Source: Armatimonadota bacterium
GTDB lineage: Bacteria; Armatimonadota; SYMT01
Assembly: GCA_041690135.1 (NCBI GenBank)
Contig: JAWLHY010000002.1
Span: 1,040,342 to 1,104,341, forward strand
DNA: 64,000 nucleotides
Reading direction: 5' to 3'
Shown here in pieces: positions 29,816 to 37,824 of the stretch. Below the pieces are notes generated by a model. It worked only from the letters and a program-made list of their open reading frames with translations, did not search any database and was not told where the DNA came from. Made by a program: the position numbers and the translations under genes. Position 1 is the first letter of the stretch. Each line of letters starts with the position of its first letter.

Positions 29816-30511
29816 CTAGAGGGACTCCGCGGACTCGGCTTCTGCCGCCGCGTTGGCTTCGTCGGTTTCAAACTGTGCGGACGGTAACTGGAAGGTCCAG
29901 CTCTCCACGCGGTCCTCTTCCTCGGCGGACCTGTTCTCCAGCACCAGGTCGATCCGGATGGCCGCCGGGAGACCGACCTCGCCGTCCCAGGTTTCGACCC
30001 AGTTCTGCTGGGAACTGCTGTAGAAGAGATAGCTCGCCTGTACCACCCCCGGCAGCAGAACGAAGGCGCGTTCCGGCTCGCCGGTGGTTCCGCTGGTCGC
30101 GTCGGGTACGGGGTAGGGGGTCTCGTAACGCCAGAGGCCGGTCCGACCGGTCTGCGGGTCTTCGGCGACCGCGTACTGGATCAGGGTCGTCTCGTTGGCG
30201 GCGCGCCCCGCGAGGAGCGGCTCCCCTACAATAGACGCCAGTTGCAGCACGTTGTTTGCCGTGCCTGCGGACGTGGCCGACAGTCCGAACTGCAGCCCGG
30301 AGTCGTCGGGCGGCACCGTGGCGCTGTGGAGGTCCCGGCTGATCGCTTCGTAGGCGCGCTGCAGGGCCGCGGCCTCGCTGGCCCGCTCCCGGAGACGGTC
30401 ACGGCTGCGGGTGGTCGTCGAGAACACCTGCGCCGCCAGGAACAGCAACATGGAGGCCAGGCCGGCGGCCACGAGGAGCTCGATCAGGGTGTAACCCCGC
30501 CGTCGTCTCAC
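29816..30511 (-). CDS. gspJ: Minor pseudopilin GspJ
   Basis: RRRGYTLIELLVA, ISRDL, W...W...LPAAIRI. Confidence 0.85.
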   Translation of the reverse strand: MRRRRGYTLIELLVAAGLASMLLFLAAQVFSTTTRSRDRLRERASEAAALQRAYEAISRDLHSATVPPDDSGLQFGLSATSAGTANNVLQLASIVGEPLLAGRAANETTLIQYAVAEDPQTGRTGLWRYETPYPVPDATSGTTGEPERAFVLLPGVVQASYLFYSSSQQNWVETWDGEVGLPAAIRIDLVLENRSAEEEDRVESWTFQLPSAQFETDEANAAAEAESAESL

Positions 30512-30951
30512 AGTGTCGCGCCTCCCGCGCCGGTCGGGCTCGGGCTCTCCGTCCCGGTCGTCCCGGTTCCGGTTGTGGTGCCGGTCTCGGTCGGCGGGTT
30601 GAGGTCGGGGCGCCGCAGCATGGTGAGCACCACCTGTTCCGAGGTGACCCGGTTGCGTGCCACCACCGTGATGAGCATCAGGGTGGGATGCTGACTCTGC
30701 TCGATACTGGCTTCCCAGTCGTAGTCCGTACCGGTATCCACGCCCTCGCCGCGATCCGTTCCGACTTGCAGGAGCGGCTCCTTCAGGATCTCGTCCATCT
30801 TGGAACGGGCGAAAAGCATGGCCCGGGCATGGTCCTCCACGCGGCGGCTGGTGGCGGCGGAGCGTGCCACCACTTCCAGCGCCCCCAGGAGGCCGATGGC
30901 GAGGACGGCCGCGGCCACGAGGATCTCCAGCATGGTGATCCCGCGTCTCAT
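30508..30951 (-). CDS. gspI: Minor pseudopilin GspI
   Basis: RRGITMLEILVAAAVLAIG, ARSKMDE; gene order H-I-J. Confidence 0.8.
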   Translation of the reverse strand: MRRGITMLEILVAAAVLAIGLLGALEVVARSAATSRRVEDHARAMLFARSKMDEILKEPLLQVGTDRGEGVDTGTDYDWEASIEQSQHPTLMLITVVARNRVTSEQVVLTMLRRPDLNPPTETGTTTGTGTTGTESPSPTGAGGATL

Positions 30952-31475
30952 TGCCGCAGTTCTTCCTCGGTCATTTCCCGGATCTCTCCCGTAAAGCCGT
31001 CTACCCGCAGTCCGCGCTGCTTGCCCTGGCTGTCTTCGAGCACGATGGTAGCGTTATCGCTGCGGCCTTCCGGATAGAACGTGAGCGGTTGCTCCGTCCC
31101 GGCGACCTGGTTCCCACTCTCATAGCCCAGCGGGGCCACGTTCCATTCCAACACCCTGACATCCTGGTGCAGCCGGTCCCGCAGTACGGGCGCCGGTGTT
31201 TGTTGGGCCCCCGCGTCCTGCAGTTCCAAAGTCTCGGGCCGGAACGGCTGCACGGTGATCTCCCGGGTCTCGGTGTCCAGGAAAAGCTGGTGCCGGAGAC
31301 CTGTCGAGAGGGCTCGCTGTCGCGAGTACGTCACGTCCGCACGCACGGCATCCGCGGCCGCGTCCAACCGCGCGCGGATGCCGTGCTCGATGAAGCGCGG
31401 CATCACGATCATCGAGAAAAGCGCCAGGATGGTGAGCACCACGAGGAGCTCGGTCAGGGTGTGGCCACGCCTCAC
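30948..31475 (-). CDS. gspH: Minor pseudopilin GspH/FimT
   Basis: RRGHTLTELLVVL, SRQRA, LTFYPEGRS, VDGFTG. Confidence 0.85.
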   Translation of the reverse strand: MRRGHTLTELLVVLTILALFSMIVMPRFIEHGIRARLDAAADAVRADVTYSRQRALSTGLRHQLFLDTETREITVQPFRPETLELQDAGAQQTPAPVLRDRLHQDVRVLEWNVAPLGYESGNQVAGTEQPLTFYPEGRSDNATIVLEDSQGKQRGLRVDGFTGEIREMTEEELRQ

Positions 31476-31909
31476 TGCTCGGTCTGAAGACTATCGATAT
31501 CGGCGTCGTCGCCGCTGCCGCCCTCACGCCCGTCTTTGCCCAGCGAGATGATGATGAATTCTTCGTCGTTCGGGCCGGGCGACTCGTAGATGTAGTCGTT
31601 GCCCCACGGGTCCTTCGGGATGGCATCGAGGAGCTTCTTCCAACTCCGGGGCTTCGGGGAGGAAGTCGGCTCGATCATCAGCGCCTCCAGGCCTTGCTCC
31701 GTAGAGGGCGGCTGGCCGTTATCGAGGGCATACATCTGCAGCGACGTGCGGAAGTTCGCGATCTGCGTCCGGGCCGCCTTGACCTTGGCCTCTTCTGACC
31801 GGCTGAGGAACCTGGGAAGCACGATGCCGGCGAGCAAAGCCAGGATCACGAGGACCACGAGAAGTTCGATCAGGGTGAAGCCGCGCCGGCTTCGAATTCG
31901 CTTGCTCAT
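31472..31909 (-). CDS. gspG: Major pseudopilin GspG
   Basis: [54 protein letters not shown]; GGAG SD before ATG 31909. Confidence 0.95.
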   Translation of the reverse strand: MSKRIRSRRGFTLIELLVVLVILALLAGIVLPRFLSRSEEAKVKAARTQIANFRTSLQMYALDNGQPPSTEQGLEALMIEPTSSPKPRSWKKLLDAIPKDPWGNDYIYESPGPNDEEFIIISLGKDGREGGSGDDADIDSLQTEQ

Positions 31910-31918
31910 ATTTGCTCC

Positions 31919-31978
31919 GGTTGAGTTGAAGGTTGAAAGTTCCAGGTTGAAGGTTGTGAGTTGAAAGTTCACGGTTGA
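31919..31978 (-). repeat. Heptamer tract (TTCAACY-like) just upstream of gspG
   Basis: ttgaagg ttgaaag ttccagg ttgaagg ttgtgag ttgaaag on the + strand. Confidence 0.75.
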
Positions 31979-32005
31979 AGACTGCTGCTGTGCGAGCCTG
32001 GGGTC

Positions 32006-33256
32006 CTACATTCCGGTGCTGAGCTCCAGGACGGGGATCAGCATGGATAGCACGATGGTGCCGATGATGGCGCCCATGAAGACGATGACCAGCGGCTCGA
32101 TCAGGGAGACGAGCTGGCGCATCCGGTTCGAAATCTCCGCGTCATAGGCGTCGGCGATGCGGTTGAGCATTTCGTCGAGGGTGCCGGTCTCCTCGCCCAC
32201 GGCGACCATGTTCGTCACCAGGCCGGGGAAGACGCCGCTGCGCTTGAGCGGCTCGGCCAGGCTCTCCCCTTCGCGGACCGCGGCCCGGACCTGGTCGATG
32301 GCCTGCCGGAGGACCCGGTTCCCCACGGCGCGTTCCGCGACCTCGAAGCTGGTCAGGATCGGCACCCCGCCCTGGACGAGTGTGGCCATGGTGCGACAGA
32401 AGCGGGCCACGGCCTCCTTGTGGATGATGTTGCCGATCAGCCACGTGCGCATCCGCATCCGGTCCATGGCCAGCCCGCCCTGTTCCGTGCGCTCCCAGGC
32501 GCGAATGCCCAGGTAAGCGGCCACAAGACCGATCAACAGCAGCCAGCCATGCTCCGTCAGGAAGCCCTGGAGGCTCAGCAGCGCCCGGGTGGGGGCGGGG
32601 AGGGGCCGGTTCAGGCTGTTGAAGATCTTGGAGAACCGGGGCACCAGGAAGATGAGGATGAAAATCACCGCGCCGGTCCCGGCCGACAGCAGCAGGATTG
32701 GATAGGAGAGTGCGGACCGGATCCGCGACCGGTACTCTTCCTGAGTCTCCAGTGAATCGGCGAGCCGGTCGAGGACTTTCCCCAACTGACCGGAAGCTTC
32801 TCCCGCCTGCACCAGGCTGACGTACAGCTCGCTGAAAATCCGCGGGTGCTCTTTCATCGCCTCCCAGAGGGCGGTGCCGCCCTGGACCGCCTGCCGGATC
32901 TGTTCCAGCGTGGCCTTGAGGGTGGGGTTTTCGCTGTGCTCGATGAGGGTGTCGAGACACCGTGCCATGTTGAGCCCGGCGCTGAACAGGGAGGAGAGCT
33001 GCCGCGTGAACACGGCCAGCTCGGAGCCGGCCACGCGCCGGGGGAACAGGCTGAACCCGACCGAAGGCGCCTTGGCGGCGGAGGCCGCCGCGGTACCGGC
33101 CACTGCGGCACCCCCGCCTGCGGCCATATCCAGGCCCATGGGATACATGTTCATCCCTTTGAGCCGGGCAAGCGCGGCGGAGCGGTCCTCGGCCTGGAGG
33201 GCTCCGGTGACCTCGCGTCCATTCTGATCCAGGGCTGTGTAGCGGAACTCGGCCAT
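32006..33256 (-). CDS. gspF: Type II secretion inner-membrane platform GspF/PilC
   Basis: FRYTALD, FTRQLSSL, AGEASGQL, ALSYP, VGEETGTLDEML, LIEP. Confidence 0.95.
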   Translation of the reverse strand: MAEFRYTALDQNGREVTGALQAEDRSAALARLKGMNMYPMGLDMAAGGGAAVAGTAAASAAKAPSVGFSLFPRRVAGSELAVFTRQLSSLFSAGLNMARCLDTLIEHSENPTLKATLEQIRQAVQGGTALWEAMKEHPRIFSELYVSLVQAGEASGQLGKVLDRLADSLETQEEYRSRIRSALSYPILLLSAGTGAVIFILIFLVPRFSKIFNSLNRPLPAPTRALLSLQGFLTEHGWLLLIGLVAAYLGIRAWERTEQGGLAMDRMRMRTWLIGNIIHKEAVARFCRTMATLVQGGVPILTSFEVAERAVGNRVLRQAIDQVRAAVREGESLAEPLKRSGVFPGLVTNMVAVGEETGTLDEMLNRIADAYDAEISNRMRQLVSLIEPLVIVFMGAIIGTIVLSMLIPVLELSTGM

Positions 33257-33318
33257 CTTGATGACTTAGAAGAAAAAAACGTTAAGAGGTTATGAAGGTG
33301 CGGGGGAGTTGCCGGAGG

Positions 33319-34983
33319 CTACGCCGGTTCATCCTCCATAGTTACGCGTACCACCTCTTCAATCGTCGTCTGCCCGAGCAGGACCTTTCTCCAGCCGTCC
33401 TGGCGCAGCGTCAACATGCCGCGGGCAATGGCCGCGTTCTTGATCTGGCTGGCCGAGCGGCGCTCCAGGATCATCTGCCGGATTTCGTCCGTGATGGCGA
33501 GGATTTCGAAGATTCCCAGGCGGCCGGAGTAGCCGGTGAACCGGCAGGCGCTGCAGCCGACCCCGCGCATTTGTTTGGCGGGCGGATCGTAGCCCAGCTC
33601 CTTCCGCATGATCAGCATCATCTCGGCCGGCGCTTCCTGCTCTTCTTTGCATTCCTGGCAAACGCGCCGGGCGAGCCGCTGGGCCATCACGCACTCGATG
33701 GAGCTGGCCCCGAGGAACGGTTCGAGTCCCATGTCGAGCATCCGGGAGACCGCCCCGGCCGCATCGTTGGTGTGGAGAGTGGAGAGCAGCAGGTGGCCGG
33801 TAAGGGCGGCGTGGACGGCGACTTCCAGCGTCTCGTGGTCGCGGATTTCACCGACCATGATGATGTCCGGGTCCTGGCGGACGATGGAGCGGAGGCCACG
33901 GGCGAACGTGAGTCCGATCCGCTCGCGGACCTGCATTTGGTTGACGCCGCTCATCTGGTATTCCACCGGATCCTCGATGGTGATGATCTTCTTCTCGGGC
34001 GAGAAGATCCGCCGCAGCGCGGCGTAGAGCGTGGTCGTCTTGCCGGAGCCGGTGGGCCCGGTCACCAGGATCATCCCGTGGGGGCGCCGGATGGCGTGGG
34101 TGAAAGTGGCCAGCTGGTCGTCGGTAAAGCCGATTTCGTCGATGTTGACCTGGATGGAGCTCTGGTCCAGGAGGCGCATCACGACCGCTTCCCCGTGGAG
34201 GGTGGGCAGGATGGAAACGCGGACGTCGACTTCCTTGCCGAGGAGGTGGGTTTTGATGCGGCCGTCCTGGGGCAGCCGGCGCTCGGCAATGTCGAGGTCC
34301 GCGAGGATCTTGATGCGGGAGACGATGGCGGGAATCAGGCGCTGCGGGGGCTGCGGCTGTTCGTGGAGCACGCCGTCGATGCGGTATCGCACCTGGCAGC
34401 GGTCTTCGAACGCCTCGATGTGGATGTCGCTGGCCCGGCTGCGGACGGCTTCCCGGAAGATGTTGTTCACCAGGCGCACCACGAGCGCTTCCCGCGCCAG
34501 CCGCTGGAGCTCCGCGACGTTGTCGCCTTCCTCCTCCACGACCTCGATCGCTTCTTCCTCAATGGAAGAATAGGCGTCCGTCAGCAGGCGCTGGACGGTG
34601 TCCTTGTCTGCGAACACCGGAAGAATCTGGAGCCCGGTGGCCAGTCGGAGATCGTCCAGGGCCGTCAGGTTGGCCGGGTCGGCCAGGGCGACCTGCAGGT
34701 GGCCGTTTTCCCGCCGGATGGGGACGGCGTTGTGCTTGAAGGCGACCGTCGAGCTCAGGAGCGCCAGGGCTTCCGGATCGGGTCGGGTCGATTCATCGAG
34801 AATGGCCAGCCCCAGGCTCTCCGCCATGGCGCGGCGGATATCCGGCTCCGTGCAATAACCCAGGCGCAGCAGCATCTCCGCGAGGGGACGGCCGGAGCGT
34901 TCCTGCTCCTGTTCGGCGCGCGCGAGCCGCTCGGGAGAGAGTTTGCCGGAACGGACGAGTACCTGGGCGATTGTTTCGGCCAT
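33319..34983 (-). CDS. gspE: Type II secretion ATPase GspE/PilB
   Basis: ASDIHIE, LDIAERRLPQDGR, GPTGSGKTTT, TIEDPVEY, RQDPDIIMVGEIRD, Zn CxxC pairs. Confidence 0.96.
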   Translation of the reverse strand: MAETIAQVLVRSGKLSPERLARAEQEQERSGRPLAEMLLRLGYCTEPDIRRAMAESLGLAILDESTRPDPEALALLSSTVAFKHNAVPIRRENGHLQVALADPANLTALDDLRLATGLQILPVFADKDTVQRLLTDAYSSIEEEAIEVVEEEGDNVAELQRLAREALVVRLVNNIFREAVRSRASDIHIEAFEDRCQVRYRIDGVLHEQPQPPQRLIPAIVSRIKILADLDIAERRLPQDGRIKTHLLGKEVDVRVSILPTLHGEAVVMRLLDQSSIQVNIDEIGFTDDQLATFTHAIRRPHGMILVTGPTGSGKTTTLYAALRRIFSPEKKIITIEDPVEYQMSGVNQMQVRERIGLTFARGLRSIVRQDPDIIMVGEIRDHETLEVAVHAALTGHLLLSTLHTNDAAGAVSRMLDMGLEPFLGASSIECVMAQRLARRVCQECKEEQEAPAEMMLIMRKELGYDPPAKQMRGVGCSACRFTGYSGRLGIFEILAITDEIRQMILERRSASQIKNAAIARGMLTLRQDGWRKVLLGQTTIEEVVRVTMEDEPA

Positions 34984-35200
34984 GGATGGAAGATACCTGT
35001 TTCGGTCGGACGGTGGGCTTGGGGATTCCGATGCAGGTCGCCGGTGCGTTCTGCCGGAGCCCCGGACGCCGTTTGCCGTCAGGCGGGTCACGTAGTGCTA
35101 AGTATGTCGTGCGAAGGACCGGTTCCAGTTTCGGAACCGGTCCTTGTTAGTTTGTTGCCGGCGCTAGCCCGGCAATGTTGGCGGGTTGTTGGGGCGGCGT

Positions 35201-35968
35201 CTACGTGTTGTTGCCGCCGCGCTGTCCCCGACCCCGCCCTTCGCGACCGCCGAACCCGCCGCGCCGCTCGGGGAAGGTGAAGGGGGCGCCCTTCATGGCT
35301 TCGAACTGCTGCTTCTGCGGCGCGGTGAGGATGGCCAGGATCTTGGCGTCGTTCTGGGCGCGCATCTGGTCCATCTTGGTGCGCAGTTCCGCGAACTGCT
35401 CGCGGCTGGGTCGCTGGCCGTTGGCGCCCGGCTGGAAAAGGGTGCGCATCGCCTCGCCCATCTGCTGCTGGGCCGCGGCGATCTTCTGGCGCTGATCGGC
35501 GCTGAGCTTCAACTGGTCCTGAACTTCCGTGCGAGAAAGGGCCTGGATGCCCGCGCGCTGGATCCCGAGCTGCTTGAGGCGCGCCATCTGCTTGGCATCG
35601 AGCACCTCGGCGACCTTCTTCTCCTGGTCTTGCTGGAGCTTCTCCATCTGCGGCCGGAGCTGCGTGAAGCGCTCGCGACGCTGCTCGGGGGTGAGATCGC
35701 CGCCGCTCTGGAACATGGCACGGCGCTTATCATCCATCTCCTTATTGAGCTGGTCGAGCAGTTCTACCTGCGTCTGGTCCAGCTTCAGCTCCTTCTGCAC
35801 CTCGGGGATGCGGAGGAGGCCCGTGGCGCCGCCATCGAAGCCGCCCCGGAAGCCAAAGCCGCCGAAGCCGCGGCCACCGCCCGGTCGACCCTGGCCCTGG
35901 CCCTGGGCGAAGGCCGGCGCCGCCAGCGTGAGGGCCAGCCCTACAGCCAACAGATTCGCCATCTTCAT
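35201..35968 (-). CDS. Secreted Spy/CpxP-like (LTXXQ repeat) helical protein
   Basis: Signal peptide APAFA, VQKELKLDQTQ, LTPEQ, LSADQ, LTAPQKQQF; RGG-rich ends. Confidence 0.7.
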   Translation of the reverse strand: MKMANLLAVGLALTLAAPAFAQGQGQGRPGGGRGFGGFGFRGGFDGGATGLLRIPEVQKELKLDQTQVELLDQLNKEMDDKRRAMFQSGGDLTPEQRRERFTQLRPQMEKLQQDQEKKVAEVLDAKQMARLKQLGIQRAGIQALSRTEVQDQLKLSADQRQKIAAAQQQMGEAMRTLFQPGANGQRPSREQFAELRTKMDQMRAQNDAKILAILTAPQKQQFEAMKGAPFTFPERRGGFGGREGRGRGQRGGNNT

Positions 35969-36128
35969 CGTCGGTTCTCCTGAAAGCCGGCGGGTTTGGC
36001 GCCGGTAACACTCTCGACTTTACGTCAGTGGGAGTAGAAAGAATTCCTGTGCGTGGTGGGTCGGCAGTTGAGCCTTCCGAACGTCTTAGACGCGCTCCCG
36101 ACTCGTGGGTTCATTAGAAGTTACACGT

Positions 36129-36905
36129 TTACGGTCGCGCCTGGAGTGCCTGCGCGCGCAGCGTCTTGCCGTCCCGGATGAAAGCGATGGTGACGCGGTC
36201 GCCGACGACCAGGTCCGTGATCTCCGCGAACTCACCATTGCGGCGCAGTGTGGTGGTGTCATCCAGGACAAACGTCCGGGGGACGCGCCCGCCGATGCTG
36301 ACGGTTCCGGCGACGGTATCGAGCGCCGTGATTCGGGCTCCCGTGCGGAGGCCCTGGCCGGCCACGCTCAACGCCAGCAGGTTGGTGCCGGGCTCGTAGA
36401 CCACGGTAGCCCGTTTGCCCACCAGCACCGTCTCGTCATCGAGCAGGATCCCTTCCAGGCTCACGCGGGTCCGGGCGTCCAGGGTGAAGGTCAGCGTGAC
36501 CCCCCGGCCGATCCGCAGGTCGATCTGATTGGCGCGGACGGCGGTGATCACTCCAGACCGTCGCGCCTCACGCGTGGCAAAGACCTCATACACTACGGCC
36601 GTATCGAAGCGGTACCGGATGGTAACGCGGTCGCCCGGCAGCAGCGCCGTGGGCTGGACCGCCCGGTTGTTCAGCACGAAGAGGGTTTCCGGCACCACGA
36701 GCAGGGTCCGCAGCCCGAGCCGGGTGTTGACCGACACCACCCCGGCATCGTCGTCATAGCCGAGGAAGGTCCCCGTCGTCTCGGTGAGGTGCAGCGCCGC
36801 CTGGACCGGCGGGACGGCGGAAGGATGGAGAGCCGGAACGGAAATAAAGGTGAAGAGTAGAAGGGACGGCAGTAGCCGGCCGAGCAGGGTTCGTCTCGAA
36901 TGCAT
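36129..36905 (-). CDS. Secreted protein with three tandem OB-like beta repeats (DUF5666-like)
   Basis: Signal peptide, repeated G.I..V....I....F.LD..T....G......L..GDRVTI modules. Confidence 0.65.
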   Translation of the reverse strand: MHSRRTLLGRLLPSLLLFTFISVPALHPSAVPPVQAALHLTETTGTFLGYDDDAGVVSVNTRLGLRTLLVVPETLFVLNNRAVQPTALLPGDRVTIRYRFDTAVVYEVFATREARRSGVITAVRANQIDLRIGRGVTLTFTLDARTRVSLEGILLDDETVLVGKRATVVYEPGTNLLALSVAGQGLRTGARITALDTVAGTVSIGGRVPRTFVLDDTTTLRRNGEFAEITDLVVGDRVTIAFIRDGKTLRAQALQARP

Positions 36906-37588
36906 GCGCGATACTCGGGTTCGGGGAACTGGGGGAGCGAGGGGGCCTGGGGGCCAACGACGCACCGGGCGTGCGTGCTCCCTAACCGTAGACGCAATCT
37001 GGCCGGCGGGGTTCCGTTGCGATTTGCCGCGGAGAGAGGCGAGGCTGGGCGCTACTCTTCGACACAGAGGGACACGGAAGGGGACAGGAAGCGACACAGA
37101 CCTGGGGAAAGGATTTGACACGGATGACACGGATGGAACGGATCGGCGCGGGAGGCCTCATGCGTCGGCTACCCACGAAGTGGGTGATGGAAGAGGCGAC
37201 AGAGCGAACCACCCGCTGCGGGAAGAACGGAACCGCCCAGCAGCGAGAGCAACTTCTCCGGGAGCGCGGGCACTCGGGACGGGTGTCGGGCGCATTCTCT
37301 CCGGTTGGCTGGATCTGAGGGTGAAGAGGTACCCTATGGCGACCGTTCACCAGGGATTGCGCCGACGAGGATGCAGGACGGCGCTCCGGGCCGAGATATC
37401 TCTCGGACACCGGACAGTACACAGGGGCGTGTTGGCGCCCGCGTGGACGGAACTCTGTGTGCCCTCTGGTTTCCCTCTCGTGTCCCTCTGGGTCGAAAAC
37501 TGCTCCCGCTTAGCAAGACCTGAGGTGGCAGCGGGGTAGGATGACAGGAGCGCGAGTACGCGTTTGCGTGGGGGTCATCTGGCGCAAT

Positions 37589-37616
37589 CCAGGGCAAGCA
37601 CAGCGGCTGCCCCTAC
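37589..37616 (-). repeat. GTAG-type REP (GTAGGGGCAGCCGCTGTGCTTGCCCTGG)
   Basis: Same GTAG + GGGCA...TGCCC hairpin architecture as the 20.7-21.3 kb copies. Confidence 0.6.
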
Positions 37617-37824
37617 ATTTGGGTGTGCCAGTTTTGTGCAGCAAGCGACCGTGGCTTTTGTGTATTGTGTGCATTGGGGTGCGGGAGGTGATTTCCGTTA
37701 CCCAGGCGGGATTGCCTTGGGTGTACGGTGCGACCCGTTGGAAGTGGATCGTCTTGGGGGGCGAGGGGAGACGAACCTGTTGTAGGCAGGCGCCTCCCCT
37801 CAGTCAGGGTGTTCCGGAGTGGCC

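Noticed and set aside
31910-31972. GspG N-terminal extension MNFQLTTFNLELSTFNS
   Set aside because: Translation of a heptamer tract; the SD supports ATG 31909.
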